NCBI GenBank assembly: GCA_002898395.1
Contig: BEHE01000011.1
Coordinates: forward strand, 34,668-58,667
Source: Candidatus Calditenuaceae archaeon HR02
GTDB taxonomy: Archaea; Thermoproteota; Nitrososphaeria_A; Caldarchaeales; Calditenuaceae
Direction: 5' to 3'
Length of the DNA: 24,000 bases
Position numbers and translations under genes: made by a program. The notes beneath the pieces are model-generated. The model saw nothing but the letters and a program-made list of their open reading frames with translations. It was not told the DNA's origin and did no database searches. Positions 8,959 to 16,095 of the stretch are shown here, one piece after another. Position 1 is the first letter of the stretch. The number at the start of each line of letters is the position of its first letter.

Positions 8959-9123
8959 AACCTAGAACGGCACACTTCAATACAAATAGTTTATACACAT
9001 TAGGATAGCGACTCCATCCACCTGACACTTATCAGCACAGCCAAAGTGGTGTGCGCCCTCATTCCATATTATCTCCTAGAGTCTAAGAAGGGATGTTTTT
9101 GTGTTCTATGTCCATCCCGAGGA

Positions 9124-9366
9124 CTATAAAAGTTCTTGGAGAAGGTCAGAGCATCTATACCCAGGAAGAAGTGTCTCATCGAACTCACGATAAAGATGAT
9201 ACAGTATCACATGGACGAGAAAGAGAAGGGAAGGCCTGTTAGAAGATTTGTAATATGTCGCAGAGAGATATCTGCAGGAGTGTGATGAAGCGCATACGAA
9301 AACCCGCCCCCCTCCCTCCTTTATACCTTCTTTCTCACAACATTGAAAAAGCTCCAATTATTAAAA
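9124..9366 (-). repeat. tRNA-3'-flank repeat module, copy 1 (paralogous to 23760-24000)
   Basis: The reverse complement aligns with 23760-24000. The best block, 9241-9300 against 23805-23864, has 52 of 60 identical positions by my count. The module is AT-richer than its surroundings and starts 1 nt after the tRNA-Pro 3' end. It contains the only fully open frame of the family, the 77 aa ORF 9124..9357 on the minus strand, which has a TTG start and is Cys-rich. Confidence 0.8.
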
Positions 9367-9367
9367 T

Positions 9368-9443
9368 TGGGGCCGGCCGGATTTGAACCGGCGACCTCCC
9401 GGGCCCGAGCCGGGCATCTTAGACCATGCTCGACCACGGCCCC
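9368..9443 (-). tRNA. tRNA-Pro (anticodon CGG)
   Basis: Hand-folded cloverleaf: acceptor GGGGCCG/CGGCCCC with discriminator A, anticodon stem CCCGG/CCGGG with loop CUCGGGC, and T arm GCCGG-UUCAAAU-CCGGC. Length 76 nt with no encoded CCA. A TTTATTTTT TATA-like box lies at 9467-9475 on the minus strand, 23 nt upstream. Confidence 0.9.
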
Positions 9444-9498
9444 CCTACGGCACTATGCAGACGCGCAAAAATAAACGTAATCCGGGCTGGAGGGATTG

Positions 9499-9729
9499 TT
9501 AGACGACTATAGCGGTTTCGGTTCTCTCCACCCCGTCGATTGTGTGTATCTTGGACAGCACCGTGTCTGTCAGCTTCTTCAAGTCTTCAGCCTCAATCAG
9601 GACTAGTACGTCATACCTGCCGGTAATCATGCATGCGAGTCTGCATCCCGAAATTTTCCCAACCTGCTCTGCTACGTCCTTAGCCTTGCCCGCCCTCGTC
9701 GTGATGAAGACATATGCCTGGACCGCCAC
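9499..9729 (-). CDS. Stand-alone Lrp/AsnC ligand-binding (RAM) domain protein
   Basis: 76 aa. AYVFITTRAGKAKDVAEQVGKISGCRLACMITGRYDVLVLIEAEDLKKLTDTVLSKIHTIDGVERTETAIV is the typical RAM-domain beta-alpha-beta-beta-alpha-beta pattern. No HTH domain is present. Confidence 0.8.
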   Translation of the reverse strand: MAVQAYVFITTRAGKAKDVAEQVGKISGCRLACMITGRYDVLVLIEAEDLKKLTDTVLSKIHTIDGVERTETAIVV

Positions 9730-9800
9730 AACTACTCTACTGCCATATAACCGTATATCCTTTCCTCTTTAACCAGGACTTCACAGACCCCTACCGCATT

Positions 9801-9820
9801 TGTGAAGTGTGGAGGGGTGG
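9801..9820 (+). promoter_or_regulatory. ORB-like box A (degenerate)
   Basis: TGTGAAGTGTGGAGGGGTGG shares the 3' TGGAGGGGT G-string half with box B. TGTGAAGTGTG is repeated at 9830-9840. Confidence 0.4.
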
Positions 9821-10057
9821 TGAGTGAACTGTGAAGTGTGAAATATGACCCGGGGATTCTGGAAAGTATATCTATGGATTATGTAGGTGTTACCTATATA
9901 TGGATACTTGCAGTTTTCGGGTATCTCTCCGGGATGCGTGATTGCTGCAGAAAATGAGCATTATCAAACCATCAGAGTCGGGGTCCGAGGTCTTTGATAC
10001 CCATAACTCTACCCGGTTAAGATGGTGGTGAAAGGGTGAACGCCAACATTCCACAGG

Positions 10058-10078
10058 CTCCATTGGAAATGGAGGGGT
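10058..10078 (+). promoter_or_regulatory. ORB box B (canonical origin recognition box)
   Basis: CTCCATTGGAAATGGAGGGGT has the dyad TCCA-T-TGGA followed by a GGAGGGG G-string. This is the arrangement described for archaeal Orc1/Cdc6 ORB elements. Confidence 0.75.
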
Positions 10079-10091
10079 TCTAAAGACCTCA

Positions 10092-10110
10092 ACCCCATTC
10101 ACAGTGAAAA
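10092..10110 (-). promoter_or_regulatory. ORB-like box C (inverted relative to B)
   Basis: The minus strand reads TTTTCACTGTGAATGGGGT, so it forms a head-to-head pair with box B 13 bp away. Confidence 0.45.
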
Positions 10111-10221
10111 GCCGCGAAAAACAGCTCCTCGGACAGAAAGGGGAGAGTTAAGCCCTTAGGCCAAAGACCTATAATTGGCGGCTCAGATGAGTGGAGTAGC
10201 CAAACCAGCTTTAACGCCCCC

Positions 10222-10243
10222 ACCCCACCCATTCGAGTGGAAA
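10222..10243 (-). promoter_or_regulatory. ORB-like box D
   Basis: The minus strand reads TTTCCACTCGAATGGGTGGGGT (TCCAC..GAA.GG.GGGGT). It abuts the left edge of the AT-rich element. Confidence 0.6.
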
Positions 10244-10335
10244 TTAACTAGAATCAACACAAACAGAGAAGAGAAAATAAAATTAGATAAATAATTCTTC
10301 TCGTCCTAGAATTTTTTGACATAGCTATCATTAAC
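10241..10335. other. AT-rich duplex unwinding element candidate
   Basis: AAATTAACTAGAATCAACACAAACAGAGAAGAGAAAATAAAATTAGATAAATAATTCTTC...AATTTTTTGAC is by far the most AT-rich stretch in the window. It is flanked by box D on the minus strand and box E on the plus strand. Confidence 0.6.
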
Positions 10336-10360
10336 ACTGCTAGCTATCTCTTGAATTGTT

Positions 10361-11632
10361 GTGGACGGCTTTCAGTTGAAGGAGAGGGGTGACCCTCTGG
10401 GCGACCTGCTGGCTAGGGTTTCTACAACGTCGCGCATATTCAAGGACAGAGAGGTTCTGCGAGCAGACTACATTCCTGGAAACCTTCCGCACAGGTGGGA
10501 GCATATCAAGAGGCTGGGTGAGATCGTCTCAACAGGTCTCAAGATGCATAGGCCGAGTAACGTCTTCATATACGGCAAAACAGGGACGGGAAAGACCGCT
10601 GTTGTCAAGCATGTCTTCAAGAGGTTCTCTGCGGAGGCCGAGAAGCTCGGCATACCGCTCCGCTTCGTCTACATCAACTGCAGGATCGCTGGGACAGAGT
10701 ATAGAGTCTTGGCCGAGCTCTGCGAATCCCTCGGGATCCAAGTCCCATTCACAGGCCTCTCGAAGAGCGAAGTCTTCAACAGGTTCCGAAGAGCTCACGT
10801 GTCTTCGCAGAACCTCCTGATAGTCTGTTTGGATGAGATTGATATCTTGGTCAAAGGGTTTGGGGACGCCTTGCTATACGAGCTGACAAGGATTAATGAG
10901 GGTGTTGAGGGAGGCAAGCTCTCTCTCATTGGGGTGTCGAACGACCTCATGTTTAAGGAGATGCTAGACCCGAGGGTCTTAAGCAGTCTGAGCGAGGAGG
11001 AGATCGTCTTCCACCCATACACTGCCGTCGAGCTCGTCGACATTCTGAGCGAGAGGGCTAGACTCGCCTTTCACGAGGGCGCTGTCCCTCAATCGACTAT
11101 AAACCTCTGTGCAGCGCTCGCTGCTGCTGAGCACGGCGATGCTAGGAGAGCGCTCGACCTCTTGAGGGTGGCTGGAGAGATCGCTGAGAGGAATATGGCT
11201 GAGAGTGTTGAGGAGCAGCATGTTCGTATGGCGATTGGCGTGATTGAACAGGGTCGCGTTTTCGAGGCCCTAACAACGCTCCCGCTCCACGGCAGGATTG
11301 TTCTACTTGCAGTCTACCAAGCGACACTCCGCTCACCAAGCAAAATAACCTCAGGTCTGGTCTACCAGTATTACCGCTCGCTCTGCAACCAGCTCGGCCT
11401 CGAACCACTCACCGATAGGAGGGTCAGCACCCTAATCTCGGAGCTAGACATGCTCGGAGTCCTCTCGAGCAGCGTCATAAGCTATGGGAGGTACGGGCGG
11501 ACCAGGAAGATATCCTTGAAGATCCCCGTGGACGAGGTCAGGCAGGCTCTGGAGCGCGACGAGTTTCTTTCCCACCTCATGGACCAGGAAGTGGCTCAGG
11601 CGGGTAGCGTGGAGAGTGAGCGAGGTAGCTAG
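10361..11632 (+). CDS. orc1/cdc6: Orc1/Cdc6 replication initiator
   Basis: Walker A GKTGTGKT, Walker B VCLDEID, sensor-2-like GDARRALDLLR, and a C-terminal winged-helix region (LISELDMLGVL). GTG start. Confidence 0.93.
   Translation: MDGFQLKERGDPLGDLLARVSTTSRIFKDREVLRADYIPGNLPHRWEHIKRLGEIVSTGLKMHRPSNVFIYGKTGTGKTAVVKHVFKRFSAEAEKLGIPLRFVYINCRIAGTEYRVLAELCESLGIQVPFTGLSKSEVFNRFRRAHVSSQNLLIVCLDEIDILVKGFGDALLYELTRINEGVEGGKLSLIGVSNDLMFKEMLDPRVLSSLSEEEIVFHPYTAVELVDILSERARLAFHEGAVPQSTINLCAALAAAEHGDARRALDLLRVAGEIAERNMAESVEEQHVRMAIGVIEQGRVFEALTTLPLHGRIVLLAVYQATLRSPSKITSGLVYQYYRSLCNQLGLEPLTDRRVSTLISELDMLGVLSSSVISYGRYGRTRKISLKIPVDEVRQALERDEFLSHLMDQEVAQAGSVESERGS
10371..10390 (+). promoter_or_regulatory. 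ORB-like box E (inside the first codons of orc1/cdc6)
   Basis: TTCAGTTGAAGGAGAGGGGT matches box B at 13 of 19 positions, including the GAGGGGT string. It is inverted relative to box D across the AT-rich element. Confidence 0.5.
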
Positions 11633-13052
11633 GAGGCTTGCAGTCAAGGCGATCGAGCATGGCTATCAGCTCTCAGCCGAGGCTCTAGACAGGCTCCTCA
11701 GGGATGAGAATCCCTTAGGCCTTCTTGACGAGCTCCTTGCCTGGCTTGAGGCTAGGGGCACCAGCCAAGTAATAATTGACAGGCCCACGCTCGAGGTTTT
11801 CCTAGCGAGCAGAGTGGCTCGGGCCGGAGCCCCTGAAGAGGAGCAGCCCTTAGAGATCGTCCTCGAGTCGCCTACCTACGAGGACTTGTCGATAGAGGGT
11901 GTGTCGGAGGAGCAGCGAATCTATCTACTCTCTAGATTCCAGTCCATTCGGCGGGTATTCGAGGAGCGGGGCCTAGGACTCAGGCCGGCCAAGGAGCTGA
12001 TGAGGGAGGAGGGTGAGGGCTATGTTGTTGGAATGGTCTTGAGCATCGTGCGCCGAGATACGCATTTTCTAGTCGAGATGGAGGACCCTGTGGATACTTG
12101 GAGCCTAATAGCTCCCACACGCGACAGGGCCCTGGCAGCGAAGATGGAGTATATTCTGCAGGACATGGTCGTCGTCTTCCGTGCAAGGTCGAGGAGGGGA
12201 CTATTGGTGGCGAGCGACGTCTACCTACCAGACACAGCGGGGAAGAAGCAGACATGGAGAGGCCCTGATAAGAACATATGCATAGTTTCAGACATCCACA
12301 TAGGGAGTGAGAGACACGCGTCAGAGAGGTTCAGAAGCTTTCTCGACTGGGTCAGCAGTCCTGAGAACGAGGCCGAGAAGATAACTCTCCTAATAGTCAA
12401 TGGAGACCTGGTCGACGGCGTGTATGTGTATCCTGGTCAGGAGTCCGAGCTCAGCCTTAAGTCGTATGCCGAGCAGTTCGCCGCCGCGGCTAAAGCCCTC
12501 TCAAGAATCCCGGCGCAGGTCAAGGTCGTCTATGTGCCAGGGAACCACGAGCCCTGTAGGAGGGCGCTCCCCCAGCCGCCAGTTCAGATCAGGTATCGGC
12601 AGCTTCTCGGAGGCGGTGGCAGGATAGTCTACGCAGGCAACCCAGCGTGGATTAGGGTCGGGGGCCTAAAGATACTTGCATTCCACGGCCAGACGCTCGA
12701 CGACGTGATACAGGCTGGGACGCTCTTCAGCTACTCGACACTCCGCGAGAGGTCCAGTGAGATGATGGAGCTGCTCCTTAAGGCCAGACACTTGGCACCC
12801 ACATTGGGCCTCTCCACACCCATACTACCCACGAGGACCGACTACCTCGCGGTACCCGAGCAGCCCGACATCCTCTGCCTAGGCCACACCCACGTAGCAG
12901 CCTACACAACCTATAAGGGAACACAGCTGGTAAACAGCGGCTCATGGCAGGAGCAAACAAAGCTCCAAGAAAGCATAGGTCTTGAACCAACGGTCGGAAC
13001 AGCGGTCCTACTAAACCTCAAATCCCTGTCAATACGCTTCCTATCCTTCTAG
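11616..13052 (+). CDS. polB-II small subunit (dp1): DNA polymerase II (PolD) small subunit DP1, with a calcineurin-like phosphoesterase domain
   Basis: All five phosphoesterase motifs are present: VSDIHIGS, NGDLVDG, PGNHEP, FHGQ, GHTHV. The DP1-typical segment is YVYPGQESELSLKSYAEQFAAAAKALSRIPAQVKVVYVPGNHEP. The GTG start overlaps the orc1/cdc6 stop by 17 nt. Confidence 0.82.
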   Translation: MSEVARRLAVKAIEHGYQLSAEALDRLLRDENPLGLLDELLAWLEARGTSQVIIDRPTLEVFLASRVARAGAPEEEQPLEIVLESPTYEDLSIEGVSEEQRIYLLSRFQSIRRVFEERGLGLRPAKELMREEGEGYVVGMVLSIVRRDTHFLVEMEDPVDTWSLIAPTRDRALAAKMEYILQDMVVVFRARSRRGLLVASDVYLPDTAGKKQTWRGPDKNICIVSDIHIGSERHASERFRSFLDWVSSPENEAEKITLLIVNGDLVDGVYVYPGQESELSLKSYAEQFAAAAKALSRIPAQVKVVYVPGNHEPCRRALPQPPVQIRYRQLLGGGGRIVYAGNPAWIRVGGLKILAFHGQTLDDVIQAGTLFSYSTLRERSSEMMELLLKARHLAPTLGLSTPILPTRTDYLAVPEQPDILCLGHTHVAAYTTYKGTQLVNSGSWQEQTKLQESIGLEPTVGTAVLLNLKSLSIRFLSF

Positions 13053-13072
13053 ACCGGCCGGGTGGTCTGGGG

Positions 13073-15055
13073 TTGGCGGATTCTTGCAGGCACTATATCA
13101 ATCTTCCGCCATTAAAGCTGCATAGAATTATTATTAGAGTTAGAGTTCTGACTTGTCCTGAAGACGGTTTGAGGGGTTCTGATGAAGGGAGATTTAAACG
13201 GGAGGTAGGCTGGTTTAGCGCTTTTTCCATGGGCTTCGGCGACGTAGGTGCCGACGTATTCATAGCCCTGGGTGTCGCAATGCTCTACGCAGGCGGAGCA
13301 GCCTTCATAGCCTTCGCAGTCACGGCCATAGCCTATGTAGCCATCAGCCTCTCATACGCCGAGCTGGCGCCAGCCTACCCCTACGCGGGAGGCGTACACA
13401 TATACTCCCTCAGGGCTTGGAATACCCTTGGAAGCTTCATCGCCGGCTGGGCGATACTGCTCGACTACGTGTTGTGCCTCTCACTCTTCGCCACGGCCGC
13501 GGCCGGATACTTCAAGTTCTTAATCCCTCAGGTTAAGGATTTAGCCTTGCAGCTGGGACCCATCACAGTCGGAAGCCTAGGCGCCATAGCTGCTGCGATA
13601 GTCCTCCTCCTAGTCGCGATGAACTATTTTGGCATTAAGTATTCGGCAGGGGTGGTTGCCGGGATTGTTGCGTTCGGGCTTATCATCCAATCGCTCGTTA
13701 TCATTTTGGGGTTCTTGACAGTCTTTGACCCGGCTAAATTCGCCTCCCAATTCCTCATGGTCGGCAACCCTGAGCCCCAGGAAGAGGTATTCTACCCCCC
13801 GGGCCTGGCCTTCTCTGAGAGCAACTTCTTATTCGGGCTGACGATAGCGATGGCGTCATACATAGGCGTAGAGTCGATAGCTCAGGCCGCTGAAGAGACG
13901 CGGAGGCCGCACCGCTGGATACCAAGGGCTACGCTGCTCTGCGCAGTCACAGTGCCGCTCTTCGTCCTGTTGTTCAGCTCGCTTGCACTGGGTGTTACAG
14001 ACTGGTGGAGGATAGCCGCGGCTATCGAGAACCCCGTAGCAGCCCTAGTGAGCATGTACAAGATATTCGGCCCAGAGCTAGCCGTACTGGTCTCATTCAC
14101 GGCAATAATACTTACGACCGCCTCCTCGAATACCGGGCTTATAGGTGTCACGAGGCTGGCCGCCAGCATGGGGAGGCTCGGGCTGCTACCCCAATGGCTC
14201 TACACGATTCACAGGCGGTACGGGACACCGACAAGGGCGATAATCTTTTTCGGCGTCATAGGGATTTTACTGACCCTCCCCGGCGACATACCTTTCCTAG
14301 CAAGTCTCTACAACTTCGGTGCCTCCCTAAGCTACATCATGCTCTTCCTTTCACTAATCATCCTCAGAAACAAGGAGCCACACGTCTATAGGCCTTGGAA
14401 GATGAAGCCAACCCTACATCTAAAGCGCAGAGACAGGGTCTACGAGATACCACTCGTCAGCCTCATAGGCCTGATAATAATCTCGGTGATATTCACGCTG
14501 TTCCTCCTCCTACACAGCCTAGGCCGTGTCTTAGGTCCTGTATGGATGGCCGCAGGGGTGGTTGGCTTCTACATCTACAGGAGGCATTTTTTGAAGCGGC
14601 CTGTGAAGAGTGTTGAGGAGCAGACCCTCGCAGTCCCCGCCGGTTACTTGATGCGCTTAACCGTCTTGGTGAGGCCGCGGGAGGACCCCAGAACAGTGGA
14701 AGAGGCGCTACGCCACTCACTCGATAAACGATTCTCACTAAAACTACTCTCGATAGTGGACCCGGAGATAGAGGATGACGTGGAAGAAGCGAGGCTAGAG
14801 GCCAAGAAGAATTTGGAGGAGGCGCGCAGGGTGCTTGCATCAAGAGGGTTTGAGGTCGAACACGAGGTGAGGGTGGGTAGCTATGACGAGGTGGTGGACT
14901 GGGAGGTTGAGAAAGGCGGCTCCGACTTCATAGTCCTGCTGGTCAGGAGGTTTGAGAAGGCCGTATTGGAGAAAGAGTCCATGCTGGACTCGAAGATACA
15001 CTCGGTCTTCGCGAAGTATCCTGCAAGAGTAATGTTGCTGAGAAAGCCAACCTAG
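13073..15055 (+). CDS. APC-superfamily amino-acid/polyamine permease fused to a C-terminal universal stress protein (Usp) domain
   Basis: About 12 hydrophobic segments with an APC-like N-terminus (FSAFSMGFGDVGADVFIALG). The C-terminal 140 aa or so look like a Usp fold (LTVLVRP...SDFIVLLVRR). The start is more likely TTG 13169, which has the AT-rich AATTATTATTA box about 35 nt upstream. Confidence 0.85.
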   Translation: MADSCRHYINLPPLKLHRIIIRVRVLTCPEDGLRGSDEGRFKREVGWFSAFSMGFGDVGADVFIALGVAMLYAGGAAFIAFAVTAIAYVAISLSYAELAPAYPYAGGVHIYSLRAWNTLGSFIAGWAILLDYVLCLSLFATAAAGYFKFLIPQVKDLALQLGPITVGSLGAIAAAIVLLLVAMNYFGIKYSAGVVAGIVAFGLIIQSLVIILGFLTVFDPAKFASQFLMVGNPEPQEEVFYPPGLAFSESNFLFGLTIAMASYIGVESIAQAAEETRRPHRWIPRATLLCAVTVPLFVLLFSSLALGVTDWWRIAAAIENPVAALVSMYKIFGPELAVLVSFTAIILTTASSNTGLIGVTRLAASMGRLGLLPQWLYTIHRRYGTPTRAIIFFGVIGILLTLPGDIPFLASLYNFGASLSYIMLFLSLIILRNKEPHVYRPWKMKPTLHLKRRDRVYEIPLVSLIGLIIISVIFTLFLLLHSLGRVLGPVWMAAGVVGFYIYRRHFLKRPVKSVEEQTLAVPAGYLMRLTVLVRPREDPRTVEEALRHSLDKRFSLKLLSIVDPEIEDDVEEARLEAKKNLEEARRVLASRGFEVEHEVRVGSYDEVVDWEVEKGGSDFIVLLVRRFEKAVLEKESMLDSKIHSVFAKYPARVMLLRKPT

Positions 15056-15062
15056 CACATAA

Positions 15063-15359
15063 TTACTCCCACGTCTCTACGCCGTTCCTCTTATGCGTGT
15101 GAAGTATTACGGATGTCACAGAACTCTTAACACCTTCCACGCTGGGTAGGACTTTGGAGGTGAACTTTCTCAACTCCTCAACACTCGACACGGCAATAAT
15201 AGCTATGATGTCATACTCGCCCGTCACCTCATAGACATCTAGGGTCTGAGGAAGCTTGGCAAGCCTCTCACAAACATCCTCAAGCTTCCCCGACTCGACG
15301 AAGAGGTGGAGCACCGCCTTAACACTACCAGACAACTCCATTAATTCGAGCCTTCTCAA
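15063..15359 (-). CDS. Stand-alone Lrp/AsnC RAM-domain protein
   Basis: AVLHLFVESGKLEDVCERLAKLPQTLDVYEVTGEYDIIAIIAVSSVEELRKFTSKVLPSVEGVKSSVTSVIL is a RAM-domain pattern with no HTH. Confidence 0.75.
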   Translation of the reverse strand: MRRLELMELSGSVKAVLHLFVESGKLEDVCERLAKLPQTLDVYEVTGEYDIIAIIAVSSVEELRKFTSKVLPSVEGVKSSVTSVILHTHKRNGVETWE

Positions 15360-15368
15360 CCTTCCTAA

Positions 15369-15629
15369 TTAATCTGGATCCTTATATGAGATTCCTATCG
15401 ACTCTACGAGCTTGCCGAGCATGTTTCCAGCACACCTCCCGAAGAAACCTCCTAAAACCTTGTCTCTAACGACTGCTGGAGGCGGAGGCTCAGCCCTCCT
15501 CCAACCCCTAGAGCGCGTCTCTATCTCGCTTAGCGATGTGGGCTCCTCGTATGGATAATCCCTCCTCATAGGCGCCGACCACAACTCTCTGAAGACAGCC
15601 TCAGCAACTCTGAGACCCCCTTCCGCCAC
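15369..15629 (-). pseudogene. Possible N-terminal fragment of an ADP-ribosylglycohydrolase-family gene
   Basis: DKVLGGFFGRCAGNMLGKLVE resembles the N-terminal D..lGa..G.a.GdalG.pvE motif of ADP-ribosylglycohydrolases. At 86 aa the ORF stops about 200 aa short of a full domain. Confidence 0.3.
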
Positions 15630-16095
15630 CCTTCTTCTCTTCAGCCCTTATCTTCTTGACTTGTTTCTTTGTTTTGTGTTGCATCTAACCTGTTCTGTGT
15701 TTATGTATTGTTGGCATTTTGAGCAGTATTTAAATCCCCGACTATATGCACCACTCCTAGCGGCTGGATATATCTTAGACTCACATTCTCAAACCTTACT
15801 CTGAGGGTGTCTGTGGAGTAGTCTTATCCTGATTGGCCTCTCCCTGTTTAATAATAGTTCTGAGGCCTCGGCAGGTCTCCTTACCTTAAGCCTGCCTGAG
15901 TCGATATCGTATTCTAGGCTCCCTGATATAGAGGCCTTCCTCGAGGGGAGTCTTGATGACAGCCCTATCACCCCCATTAATCATTCCTTCCAGTTCTGGC
16001 GCCTTAATCTTGAGCCCCGGCCCTCCACTGTTGTATGAGGCTGAGGACTAGGCCTAGTCGTGAATGTAGGAAGAGGTGGCCTAAACGGTACATAA

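Larger units (their letters stand above)
9795..10395. other. Predicted chromosomal replication origin (oriC) with ORB boxes and an AT-rich DUE
   Basis: A 630 bp non-coding gap upstream of orc1/cdc6 holds five ORB-like boxes and a stretch of about 95 bp (10241-10335) that looks more than 70% A+T by eye. See the individual boxes below. Confidence 0.75.

Noticed and set aside
9124-9385. Reading the tRNA-flank modules as int(N) fragments of an SSV-type partitioned integrase, which run antisense into the tRNA 3' half
   Set aside because: The antisense frame is interrupted in copy 1 and stops before the tRNA in copy 2. The tRNA-proximal 45-65 nt are not conserved between copies. The peptides do not resemble the SSV1 integrase N-terminus as I remember it. 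This is kept only as an untested alternative.
9918-10001. Possible small RNA in the origin region, with a GGGTATC/GATACCC stem enclosing box C/D-like strings (GTGATTG ... AATGAGC ... CAGA)
   Set aside because: None of the boxes matches RUGAUGA or CUGA exactly, and the spacing does not give two 12 nt guides. A 7 bp stem over 70 nt is weak.
9890-10102. 70 aa minus-strand ORF from the track, lying inside the orc1/cdc6 upstream region
   Set aside because: It spans ORB boxes B and C, has no recognisable motifs, and sits in what is best explained as non-coding origin DNA. It is most likely a chance ORF.
9987-10170. AAAGACCTC occurring three times in the origin region: 9987-9995 on the minus strand, 10082-10090, and 10163-10170 (8 of 9 match)
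   Set aside because: By rough count, about one exact 9-mer repeat is expected by chance in 630 bp when both strands are considered. It is not compelling without conservation data.
10389-11647. Several 60-140 aa ORFs on both strands inside orc1/cdc6
   Set aside because: All are out of frame or antisense to a gene with clear AAA+ motifs. Their products are Ser/Arg/Pro-rich, so they are shadow ORFs. The same reasoning applies to 4456..4884 and 4977..5408 (inside purB), to 19104..20119 (inside the malic-enzyme gene), to 13882..14843 (inside the permease) and to 22048..23058 (inside the MR/MLE gene).
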